A DNA stretch of 64,000 bases from Owenia fusiformis (Eukaryota): contig CAIIXF020000001.1 in assembly GCA_903813345.2 (NCBI GenBank), positions 22,196,001 to 22,260,000 on the forward strand, written 5' to 3'. Numbering within the stretch: the stretch's first letter is position 1; each line of letters starts with the position of its first letter. The notes under the pieces were generated by a model, which saw only the letters and a program-made list of their open reading frames with translations, was not told where the DNA came from and ran no database searches. Shown piece after piece: positions 1 to 12,510 of the stretch. A program made the translations under genes and the position numbers.

Positions 1-3000
1 AAAGGGTACTGTACTGAATATAAATATATAATTTCAAGGGAGAAAGGAAAGGTCCTAGTTTGTGAGACAATCTTTTTAACCTTTTTTACCTTTTTAATAT
101 TTTTATATAATTTTTTCAGGTTTCTACTTTATTCACAATAAAAAAGGACACACTATTATGAATACCTATGTCTAGAAATCACTATCCCTGAAAAGATTAC
201 AGTATACATGTAACAATTAATATCATTGGGTTTTCATTGTTTTTAATTCAAGATAATTTTCCTGTAATCAATAGCAGTGATTTAAAGACAGAGAAAGAAT
301 TGTTGGGTCTGCATTCATTTTAAAATAAAATATAGTATACCTTGAACCTGAATCAATTAAATATGTACCTAAATATGTACCTAAATATGTACCTAATATG
401 TACAATTACTATCGTTATCTGCAACATTAAGTGCAACGCAATAAAAACAAATTATATTTCAAATAACTGAATTATGTATCTGAAACACTGTATTGTGAAA
501 TACGTCATGAAAAGTCACAAAGATAATGTTTGTTTGCCGAGTCCATGTTCACACTGAAGTATAACTATTAATGTAAGCCGAATTGTAAATAGTAAAAAAA
601 AGTGAGATATCCCTAAATGTTTGTCCAAAATCGAATACAAAATCTTTAAAATAAAAAGCAAACATCAAACAATGTCAAACTTGAATTTAAATGATTCTTT
701 GGCATACAAGAATATCTTAGAATTTGTCTAAGAAAAAAGATTTTGATCTTGAGGATCCCGATTAATAATTACAATTTTCATAAATAACAATGATGTAGTT
801 ATGAATTTATTATTTAGTGACTAGGAAGTTAACTTTTCAAATAATCATAGAATTGGTATGAATTAAAATCCTTTAAGTTGGAAAATTTGTTTCAATACCA
901 AAGTAAACATGTTAACTCAATATGTCTGTTATGACAGGGAGTAAAAAACTTGAGTATTATAATGACGTCAATAAGGTTTATTCAGTTTTGAAAACTTTCA
1001 TTCAGCTAGCTAGTAAAAAATTGTGATAAATGACTTACCAACAATGCCATTCCTGGACGCGTGGTCACATTTCCACGTCATATTACATTTAAGTGGTAAA
1101 CTCAAGTGCTGATAGTGTTCCTGAAATTACAAGTCACAAAAAATAAATTTCTGGAATATAACATTTCATTCAAAAGAATTTCAATGCAAAATGTATATGG
1201 GAAACAGAAAATGAATCCACATCAATAGTATCAAAGGATATCAATAGTAGTAAAGGCCCATATGCTCAAAATTTGACCCAACCTCAACCAAGACCCTAGC
1301 CAAATAAATAAGAGTGTTGGAGTATAAAATATATACCTAAATATTATGTAACAGACCCTGGGAGTTCTTCATTGATACATTGTTGACTAAGTCAACAATA
1401 ATAGAATGTATCGATTATAGAACTATAATCCGAATTAATACTGTTTGAGTAATTTAAAAGTATGAGTGGATTCAAATTTAGGACAATACTTTAAACAGGC
1501 TACATCTGCTTCCTGATACCTGTTATAGTATAGTGTAAAACTAAGTCTACAAGAGCTGGAGTTCAGTCAATTTATGAAGTAACAAGATTCTATTCCGGAT
1601 TCTGGACAGGTGTCAAAATCCTCGAGAAAAAAATGTATAAAAGTTTTATTACGATTATCCTAAACTTGTGATTCTTCTATCCTCTACACGAATATAAAAA
1701 AGTGCTAAAAGTAATAATTATTGAATTTTATATTTACAATAGACCAGTTCAAGAATATTAGTATGATTCATTGGATAATTTGACTAATTATTTATCTATT
1801 TTGAATATGATTATTGTATTTTGAACTAACTTGAACACTCATGGCTTGGATTATAACCAAAATATCAATTGATTATTTTCATATTTAGCCTTAGGTTTTG
1901 TCCCAGGTTTTGTCACCTTGTAGTGGTTAGCCAATGTGGTTACTCTGACTTTAGTAATGAAGGATGGAAGCTGGATCATTGATGGCAATACGTACTTACA
2001 ATATGTACTTAACGAACAGGAAGAAACAGAGAGAAAATTTGAAGAAATTCTGCACATATTCTCAACAAAACAAATACAAAAAAAATTTCTTGATAAAAAC
2101 AATACTGTCAACTATAAACTGTCAGTCCTAAGCATTTTCACAGTGTGTCAAAATAAAGATTTTATCAGTTTTCTATACTGATATGACTTATCATTAAATC
2201 AAATTATTGCATTTTAATAAACATTTGGTATAGTTACCTCAGGAAAAATTCATCTAACATGCATCTAATTCTTTTCATTCTATACATTATAGCTTATGAT
2301 GCATTTTATGAGAGAGGTTGAATAAAACTGATTTTTAATGAGTGACAAGCATCCATGACAACTCTCTTAGTATAGAAATACTATTCAATCCAACATGCAA
2401 TGTAGAATAATTTTATTTCACTGTCATATTCCTCATTATCTGATTGGTCCATGTCCTACACGTGACTAAAAAATAACAAGCGATATTCAATGGAAGTCAT
2501 GTGACTGTTGAATATCAAATGATATTCACCAGTCACGACTCGACTCAGTCCCATGTAATTTCAATTTTATATAGTCCGTCCAGGGAGTACATTGTTATGA
2601 CATCATAGACATCAATAGTTTGTTATTCCATTAATGTGAGTGAGGAATATAACAGTGAATAATAAAACAAATATTTAATTCTATTTTCAGTGAATATAGC
2701 TGTGACACTTTTAAAATAAATGCAAAGGTATTTACTAACAATAAAATTAAATATTTGTATATTTTCAGATTAACTTAAATGCATTGAGTATAATAAGACA
2801 TATCTAATCACTTTGAAGAGACGGAGAGAGTTATAGTATAATTTGTTTTGCCATTTCTCATTTTATTTTGTTTTACTTTATCAGAGTCATTGAATAGTTT
2901 TGGAAGTGGACGTTAATATATTTTTATCTATTAAAGAGACTCTATAAGCATAAGATAGCACAATCAAGACCCCTCTGGACCTCTTTGCATTTTGAGTTTC

Positions 3001-4632
3001 ACCACATATTCACCTATCTACTTAGCAACGAAGAAGTCCCAAATCCCCCGCTTTCAGAGTGAATTTTGAGATTGTACTGACAAATCGGATTATTTTCGAG
3101 GAAATTAATTCATTCTGAAGTTTGAATATACGAGGGAAATCCCCCTATTATCTGATTGGTAGTTGAATTTGTTTATCATGAACCTGATTGGCTGCCTGGT
3201 TCAAGGCGCGTGTGGACGCTTACATGACTCAATGGGGATTCCCCTCGCTGATTGTTCTGTTAATTATTTCAATATTTCGGCAATTTTATACACACAAGTT
3301 ATTCTAAAGATATATCCATGGTATGTTAGATATCATATGAGCAATAATAATAATGGGATTTCATTGATTGTCTGGGTGAGAAACCTATGGTATACTGCAT
3401 CTTTAATCCATGAATCAAAACAGGAATTTCTTTTGACTCCAGCAGGTACCTGTAATTTTGTCAACTCAAACGTTTTGTCAAGATTTACACCTCCAATTAT
3501 GATCTCATAAATTATAAGTTGTCTCGAAAACCTTTTCATGAGTAAAATAGTGCTAGATGCATTGATGCTATAATTAATATATTCTAATTCTCTGGCTGCT
3601 CAGAATAGATGAAGGGGAGATGCAATCAATGCATCATCAATGCAAATTACTTTAGCAGTCGATGTTGAGGGTTTTTAATTTATTATGGTGCCATCAACAA
3701 AAACCTCGAAGAGTAGGGTATATAAAATTATATACAAATGTGTTATTTTGATATCACATGTTAGTCTGGTGCAAACATGTTAATGATTTGAAATCATATG
3801 ACGCAATCAAATTTCTACTTTGCAATTAAATGTGACTTCTGTCAAAATTAACAATTATAGACTCCCATTCAAGATAAATAAATTGATCTGTATAGATCTC
3901 TGAACTTTTCATAATAAACTTTTTACACTCTCACGTCGTATGTTGTCTCAGGTTTGATGACACACACCAACACTAAATGATGTATTGCATCGGTCATATT
4001 CATAGCATTAATTCAAAAAATCTAAATCTTGGATAGATCTCAATATGGAAACATTTTCCAGTTACTAGAATTTACAAAGTCTAGTAGATTTTGGTGAAAT
4101 GTAGCAATGAAAATTGAACCCGGCATGAGGATTTTAAGTAACTTATCATTATTGTATTAGACTACATAATACTTAGACACAAGAACGTTTACACCCGTAT
4201 AGGGATGACTTCTCGACTTTAGACAACAGAATGTTGACATCAAACTACTACAACGATAATTATGTAAAAGCATAAATTAAAAGCATAAAACCATATACAA
4301 AATATACATCATATTATAGAGTTCTTCAGTGCAAGTGCACTAGCCTAGTAGTTTGTGTACAATATAGGCAATATACATGTTCTGGACAAAGTTCAATTCA
4401 AATTTTGAAAGTAAATTTCTCAGCTTAAAATACACCAAATAAGTTCAGGATGCGACCACAATCTAGCACTAAATGTCCTCTTTCCGAGTAGTACACATCC
4501 ACACAATGATAATGAAGAGAATGAAGTATATAGAATGCCACACCCTCAGGACCCTGAACTATAATAAACACTTTATTTCCAGTCAAAGAGATTGTTGGTG
4601 CTCTCAACTTTGGATGACAATATCAAACGTTT

Positions 4633-5055
4633 ACTTACCTCCGATTTGTGTTAATCCTTCTTAAAATATAGATTAAGTATTCATTATTTATCCTCACTTA
4701 GTTTAGATACAAGTAGATGCTCATTTACAAAATTAATCCGAGTTGTATATGCTCAAAGTTTTCTTATTTCAATTCGTTCAAACTTTCTCCATACTCTGAC
4801 GTCATCAATTAGTAGGGCAGTGAATTTATATTACTGATTGACTTTCAAAAAAGCTTAGAAAAATTACATTGATATATTATCGTAACTTTTCTATATTATT
4901 GATATTTACAGAAGGTTTTTATTTCCCTTTTTGTAGCAATAATATTTTTGAAGAAATTACATTTCATTCACTCCGATAAAAAGTTTGATATTTTTTATTT
5001 TTGACAATCAACCTCATATCTGGAGTATTTGACGTTATCAAACACATTTGTAAGT
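4633..5055. promoter_or_regulatory. Probable bidirectional promoter upstream of TMEM68
   Basis: CRE TGACGTCA at 4797-4804, flanked by divergent donor sites: GTAAGT at 5050 (+) and GAG|GTAAGT at 4638 (-). TMEM68 coding exon 1 has an acceptor at 6447 and so needs an upstream non-coding exon. Confidence 0.45.
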
Positions 5056-5299
5056 ATGTTTATAATTGGAAAATTTCTATACATCTAATACATGTTTTTA
5101 TCTCCTGAAATCTAATTGTAGCCTACATCTTTGCTCCATTATCGCCCACTAATATTTTGTAAACATTTTTCATCTCTTCTCAATCTCATTAGAGGAAGGA
5201 AACCCCCAGAGCTTTAGCGATGACAGACACATCACGTCTCTTGCTTTCCACAATCCTTTGCACAAATTCTCACCAGTTATCTTTTGAATATACACATCC

Positions 5300-5528
5300 C
5301 ATCCTCCGATCACAGGGCTTCAAAATCCAGAATATATTCTTTCTTTTTACCCCCTGCGATAAGCAGTTAGCATTTCCCCGATTAAGAACTCGCAATCTGC
5401 GACAGAAATCATGTATTAGTCATTGCCCATAATTAGATCACGTGATTCAGTTTAATCGGGCGCTTTCAAATTGGTTATAGCAGGGGGAAGAAGGAGGTAC
5501 GGATTCTGGATACCTGCTTAGGAGGATG
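5300..5528. mobile_element. 229-bp MITE with CATCCTCC termini and 8-bp TSD (P-like)
   Basis: TIR CATCCTCC/GGAGGATG; TSD ACACATCC on both sides; an inverted near-identical copy lies at 32031-32260. Confidence 0.85.
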
Positions 5529-6466
5529 ACACATCCTTGTGATGTTTTATCCCGGCCAGTCCTGAGAACGTTTCAATCTTTTGCCTGTACGATTACAACA
5601 CGGGAGAATTTCTACAAACAACATGTATAATTGACCTACCAATCTGTTCCTTACAATCTCAAATACAAAATCTCCCAAAAGATCTTCGATATATTATAAA
5701 TGGTGAAGTCATGATGGATTAAAAGTGCAAAAATTGGTGAAAAATGTATAATAAGAATGGTAACCATTCTTATAGAAAAATAATACATTATTGTAAAAAT
5801 CTTCAGTTTTCCTGAAATAAAGTGTGTACATTGGGGATTTTTAGAAAATAGACATGAAAAGGAATGACACAAGCCAGAAATATTCTAAAATTGAAACAAT
5901 TTTTTGTTTGACTGCTCGCTATATCTGATTCTCTCTTTAAGATACTTACTTCAGTTGACGTCCTTGCTTCAATAGATTCCTTGGTATTTTAGCATTCTTT
6001 TCATGTAGTTGAATCCACAATTATCTGGGTTTATCGGCCAATATAAATATGTCAAAAATATGCTGTATAGAACTACTGTATGCTGCTTGTAAGTTGTCAT
6101 AGGCATAAAAAATGTAAGAAATTCTAATAGCTTCATGAATTTTCTAGCTTTTGACATTTACTTTTTGATCAAATATTCACCTGTCATCACTATTTCCAAT
6201 ACCTTGGTGGCTATGACAATATATACATCCCCTAAAACCTGTCTTAGTGAACACCCCTTCTCGGCACATACTCGACTGACTTCTGTATGAAATCGCTCTC
6301 TGTAGTGAACTCTTACCTATAGAACAATTTTTGTGGCTTCATAGGTATTCACTGTACACAGGTTTTACTAGCATATGGATCTTCTTGCCCTGTTTATAAA
6401 CTTGCCCCAAAACAACTGCTTAAACATTTGATATCACTCCTTTGCAGATGTGGATGCAGCTGTGAG

Positions 6467-9400
6467 ATGTCAGAGTTTATCTATAATGTTGCAGAGTTCC
6501 TCTACATAAAGACAGAATCACTATGTGAATATCTCTACCTGGACTGTATTTACATAAAATGGATAGCTTGGTTGTATTACCCCATAGTGTTATCATTCAT
6601 CCTACCTGCAGTACTTCTACTACTTATATACGCCAGTGCAATATTTCTCCATATTTACAAATATCGTCACAAGTTAAAAGATGCCTATGCGAAAGACTTT
6701 TGGGATGGCGCGAGAAAAACGTTAGCAGCATTATGGGATGCTCAGGGTTGGATTTGGCATGGTAAGAATTATGTTATCAGCTTTCATTCCCAGGTGTCAT
6801 CATGAGTGATTCTTAATTGCTCGATCGAGTGACCTACTTTGACTACCACATGCCCTCAATGGCAAGTTTTAACTTGGGGAAATCTTCTCCTCTAAGTTAG
6901 CCAAAAAAGAACTCTGCTAAATGTTATTTTAACATTGTTTAAGCAAATTGAATGACTCAGCATAATCTTGGTTTTGTAAAGTACTGTATGGTCTGAGACT
7001 TTTGCAAGTAGACTTGCCACAAGCATTAAAACAAAGGCATTACATCTTGTTTAATTAATCAACGCCATATTTAAAGCTGTTCTATATGGTCTCCAGGTTA
7101 TGAAATCCATGGCTTTGAGAATATACCTGATGAAGGCCCAGCATTGATAATCTACTACCATGGTGCCCTACCTGTTGACTACTATTACGTGCTAGCCAAG
7201 TGTATTCTGTACAAACATAGGAAGATCAGAGCTGTTGGTGACAGGTTCCTCTGGAAGATCCCTGGTAAGTTCCTTGGTTGCTGGTTAGCTGTTGCAAGGC
7301 TACTATCTAGTAGGTTGCGGTGGTTGCCAGGTTACCCATGTAAGTTCCCTAGTTAGTTGCTAGGGTACTGGTGGTATTAGCTGCTAGGTTACTCTAGTAG
7401 GTTGCAAACGTTTGAAAAGAGGAATGATGCAATGGTATTAAAGAATTAAATTAAAGATTAAATCAAAGATAGGTTCAGAATGGGCTCACTTGGAGTGCAA
7501 GAGCTAGGATTCATTGACAATTGCGATGGAATCAAAAAAATACTCTTGAATATATAGAAAACATATTGCACACCACCTTAAAGTCCCCGTCTAAAGTTTG
7601 AAAATATTTTTTTATCATTCATTTACTATTTGTCAGGACTTAAAAAGTGATTTTAGAGATTTTTGAAATTTCTTAATCATCAAATATTTCTTAATGCATT
7701 TCAAAAAAGATGATCTTTTTAACACCAATGCAAAGGTTGAACAAAGGACACACTATTTCAATAATAAAATGCCATATTTAATGGGCCACTTCAATGTTTT
7801 AACATATCAAAAATATTTTGAAACATTAGTGATGTCACTAAGGTACCAAAAACTTTTTGAAAAAAATTGAAATTTCTTTTTCGATGTCAATCTTTTCTAA
7901 ATATGTTAGACTTTCATAAAAACAAATGTTGATTGTCTTACCAGGTTAAAAGGAATTATGTTTTAGATATCATTGTACCATTGGTTTCTATGAGAACTAA
8001 AATTTTGAAATGCATTTTTCTCAGAACCATTTTCATGCACTGATAAGTTCATTTCTCGCTTATTTATGAACCGATTTTCTTAATTTTTTCGGCAAAAAAC
8101 ATGGGAGGATGAATACTATGCATTGGTATGAATTGTGGCTAATTAAAAGATACGAGTGACCTCTAAAAGTTGGTTTAAAATAAATTCACAAATTTTGGAA
8201 CAAAAAGTCTATCAAAAACCACTTTTTGAAATTTAAAAAAAAAGTTTCACATATCACACTTTGATAACATTGGGTAAGACTACAATATAAGCTAAAGTGG
8301 TTTAAACTTTAGATGGGGCCTTTAACAGATTTGAATACCATTTTATTATCCCACCGAACGAAGTTCGAGGGGGATATAGAGAAGCCATCCGTTCAAATTT
8401 TATATGCTGATGCCTAGGGACAAAGAAGTTTCGCTCAAAAAGAAATTTTCAAGATGGCCGCTTAATTTCAAAATGGCGGCCATTTTTCGTAGAAATATGT
8501 AATCTTTGATAACTCAAATACCAGTGAACGGATTTGGTTCAAATTTTATATGATGATGCTTAGAGACACAGTAGCTATGTTCGACAAAAAATTTTCAAGA
8601 TGGCCACTTAATTTCAAAATGGCGGCAATTTTTTGTAAAAAACGCAATCTTTGATAACAGATTTGGTTGAAATTTTATATGATTATGCCTAAGGACACAG
8701 TAGCTCTGTTCAAGAAGTAATTTTCAAGATGGCAGCCGAATTTCAAGATGGCGGCTAATTTTCGTAAAAAACGTAATCTTTGATAACTCATATACCATTG
8801 AACGGATTTGGTTCAAATTTTATATGATGATGCTTAGGGACACAGCAGCTATGTTCGACAAAAAATTTTCAAGGTGGCCACTTAATTTCAAAATGGCGGC
8901 AATTTTTCGTAAAAAACGTAATATTTGATAACTCAAATACCAGTGAACAGATTTGGTTGACATTTTATATGATTATGCCTAGGGACACAGTAGCTCTGTT
9001 CAAGAAATAATTTTCAAGATGGCGGCTGAATTTCAAGGTGGCGGCCAATTTTCGTAAAAAACGTAATCTTTGATAACTGACATATACCAGTGAACGGATT
9101 TGGTTCAAATTTTATATGATGATGCCTAGTTCACAATGGTATAAACTAACTTTGTGCCTAATTTCATGCTTCTATCACAAAGTGCACAAACATTTCAACG
9201 TTTACATTTTCAACATAAGCATAATATGTTTTGTTCGGTGGGATTTGCTACTCTGTGGAGTTGCTGTTTTTCTACTTAACAAAGTGTGCTCACATTAAAT
9301 ATGTTCCAGTGATCTCCCCATGTCACTTTTACTGGGGGCTTCCCCTACTTGAAACCAAAGGCCCCCCATTTGGCACCCAGTTGGAATCTGCACTTCAACT

Positions 9401-12400
9401 TCTGATTTGAAAAATGAGTGAAGTAAGCACCTACACTGAGATATTGTGAGCGTAGTGAGTGCTGATTTTTTCAGACTTGAAATCTTGCACCCAGTTGAAA
9501 ATTTTTTTTGGGGAGAACACTGTGTTCTATTGTATGCTTCCAGGCTTTAAGTTGTTGTTAGAGGTGTTCCATGTGTCAGAGGGTAGCATACAAAACAGTG
9601 TTGAGCTGATGAAGCAGGGTAACCTCATGGCTATAGCACCTGGTAAGCATTTCTTCTCAATAATTTAATTACTATTGAACATTGAAATAGTGGCATTTCT
9701 CTTATTGCTCAGATGCCAAAGTACCACAGAATCATAACAGCTAATATTATGAGACTATTTCAAGACAGGTAGCAAGAATTACTGTTGAAATAATAGGTAG
9801 CTATTGAAGTCTGGTAGGAAACAGCTACATGGATAAAGCAAGTTTTGGAAAGTACTTTAGGAAAGTATTTGGAAATATGCCAGGTCAATTTCCGATATCA
9901 GTTCTTTCAAACATGTTAATTCTATCTCATTTTCAACTAGATCATTCTTTAGAATAGTAGATCATCTACATGCATTTTAGAGGGTGTAGGAATTAAAGAT
10001 AATATGAACATGTATTGTGGGGATGTAGGAAATTGTTAAAGAGACTATCTCCATGTATTTTCGTAGTGTGAGAAATTGTGTAATTTATTGTCTACATATA
10101 TTCCAGGGGGTGTAAGAGAGGCTTTTTTCAGTGATGAGAATTATGGGCTCCTCTGGGGAAAGAGGGTTGGCTTTGCTAAGATAGCAATGGAGGCCAAAGT
10201 AGTAAGTTGATACCTAATACTATCCACCATCCATTACTGTAACAGTTCATGAATTTCAATTTATCATTTGCAATTCGTTAGATTCATCAATTTCAGTTCA
10301 TCTAAAGTTTAACTATAATACAATTTGATGAGCTATAGACAATGTATAGAAATTTTTAGCACCTGATACAGATAACGTTAAATTAAATGTTAGTACATGT
10401 GCTTATTTTATGGTTTGAGTCTTAAAAAATATTTTTATATTTTTACTTTCAGCCAGTCATTCCTATGTTTACACAGAACTGCAGAGAAGCATTTAGATCA
10501 CTAGGATTATTTAAAGGTTTGGTTTTAATTATTTGTAACCAGATTATTGCTTAACTTAACTTAGAAATGAAAAACTTCTGTCACATTTGCTCTACAGCAG
10601 CCATATGGTGGTTGTAGCTTCACAAAATCGATATGGAAAATCTACATCGTACTGCTTATCCCTGTATTTCATGCTGCTTGTTTATCTCGATTTTGGAAAG
10701 CTACGACTGACAGCTATGACTGACTGACATACGATTGCTATACTTCAAATGTAACTGAGGCATTTGTGTAAGTTGAATAATTTTGGACTCCTGTGATCTT
10801 TAGTGGAACACGTCGGAAGCAGAACACGTCTGTGGTCCCAGTGGCTTTCCACAAAGGCAAGTTTTGCTCTACATGTATAATCATAGTTATTCTTCATAAT
10901 TCCAGGCTGGTTGAGGAAGTTATATGAGAAAACCAGACTACCTCTTGTCCCTCTTTATGGAGGATTTCCTGTTAAATTAAAGTAAGCACATGTTCTGGTG
11001 TTCTATGCATGTCTTATATATCTTTATATATTAATATCCCTTGATACATCCAATGCAACTCATCCTAGTTGCAAATGGTTGCATCGCATGTATACAAATA
11101 TTCTATACACTTTTCTGCTTCTTTATTGTGATGCAAATATGAGAGATGATATACATACAATAGTGGATTCCTAGAAGAAATATTAAAAACTTTGAAGTTA
11201 ATATATTTGTGACTGGGTTTACAAAAGTGTTTATTTTATTTTCCAGAACATTTATAGGTAAACCCATCCATCATGAGGCAAACACAACTCCAGAGCAGTT
11301 TGCTCAAAAGGTATGTATGGTCTCAAACCAAGGGTCAGGTCAGTTTTGCACTATTTAAGACATTTTGGCAAATTCTCTTGCTATTTAACTATTTGGTAGA
11401 TTTGGCTTACTTTAATTTCAATTTTTAATAATCAGACACTGCATTGTATCATGGGCTTTCAATTAGAGTAGTTGAAAACCCATGTTTGTATTAACAACAC
11501 TCTTTTCTCCATTTAATAGAGTTTCATACATTATTGAAGCCACCACACTAGCAATGTGATCCTTACTTCATTATCCCAACGAACGAAGTTCTGATTAGAG
11601 TAGATCATTACTATGGTATTATCTTTCTGATTTGTGCCTCAGAAAATTCAAAATGGCTGCCATCAATTTGCTTTAATTTTGAGAACTTTCTAAAGTATAG
11701 CTTTATTATACTCAAATGAAAGGCAATTCAGAGTAGATTGCAAATATTGTATCGGTTTTGTAATTTGGGCCTCGTAAAATTCAAAATGGCCACCTTATGT
11801 GGAATTTCGCAATAATTTTCTGATCTCTTCAAAGTATGGCTATATTATTCTCAAATTGTAGGAAAAGGGCAGATCACTATTTTGGTATTGTTTTCCTGAT
11901 TTGTGCCTCAGAAAATTCGAATTGTCTTTATAATTTGTGCCTTTAAAACTCTTAAATGGTCACCCAAATGCTTTTAAAATTGGTAGAAATTCTGATATCT
12001 CTAATGTTTCCAATGTTTATATTTTTTTGTGACAAATACAGATTCATATATGTTAGAGTGTTTGTTGGGATTCGCTACTCCGTGGAGTTGCCGTTTTCTT
12101 GTTAGCAATGTAGTCTAATGCGATCCTTTCTTTTTTCCCAAACCTATTAATGTGAACATTTTTGTTGTTTTCATGTCACCACCAGAAGTGGTGACATTTT
12201 ATGGATGGTGTTCGGCAGTCTCGATCAGGGTTCAGCATCTGTTACAAATTCTTACAACTTGCAATACTAACTGGTGGTGACTTTTTGACATGTTAATGTG
12301 TTGTTTTATAGGTCATACACAGTCATAGACTTGCATGTTGCCAATCCAAACTCTTTTAGCTGTTCCCGATGGTGTTCAGATAAGACAGATTTTACCATTT

Positions 12401-12510
12401 ACTGTATTTTTGTTTGCTTACAGATCCAGATTGCTGTACAAGATCTGATCAAGACTCACCAACTGATTCCGGGGAATATACTACGTGCCATGTATGAACG
12501 CTTTTCCTGA
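6467..12510 (+). CDS. TMEM68: TMEM68 / DIESL-type acyltransferase (DGAT1/2-independent triacylglycerol synthase family), 8 coding exons: 6467-6761, 7097-7264, 9544-9642, 10107-10201, 10453-10516, 10906-10981, 11247-11310, 12424-12510
   Basis: All introns GT-AG with matching phases. The spliced frame contains a hydrophobic segment (IVLSFILPAVLLLLIYASAIFL), FWDGARKTLAALWDAQGWIWHGYEIHG, the acyltransferase motif YYHGALPVD, APGGVREAFFSDENY, PVIPMFTQN, LYGGFPVKLKTFIGKPI and C-terminal HQLIPGNILRAMYERF*, all recognisable as TMEM68. Confidence 0.93.
7582..8321. mobile_element. TTAA-flanked MITE (Kolobok-like)
   Basis: TTAA|AGTCCCCGTCTAAAGTTT ... AAACTTTAGATGGGGCCT|TTAA: imperfect TIR starting with purines, TTAA on both sides. 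Confidence 0.7.
8345..9271 (+). mobile_element. Helentron-associated (HINE/DINE-1/pearl-like) non-autonomous element with ~5 internal ~146-bp satellite units
   Basis: Subterminal inverted repeat ATCCCACCGAAC / GTTCGGTGGGAT, 3' hairpin GCTACTC-TGTG-GAGTTGC, T-rich flanks; units start near 8391, 8537, 8666, 8811, 8956 and 9103. Confidence 0.78.
11570..12098 (+). mobile_element. Related HINE-like element
   Basis: ATCCCAACGAAC ... GTTTGTTGGGAT, then the hairpin GCTACTCCGTGGAGTTGC; degenerate internal repeats with CAAAATGGC. Confidence 0.68.

Noticed and set aside
1-4640. TGS1 as head-to-head partner of TMEM68 (as in human), and ORFs 1936-2181, 3333-3539 and 4425-4607
   Set aside because: No TGS1-like peptide seen; the ORFs lack recognisable motifs or a consistent exon chain.
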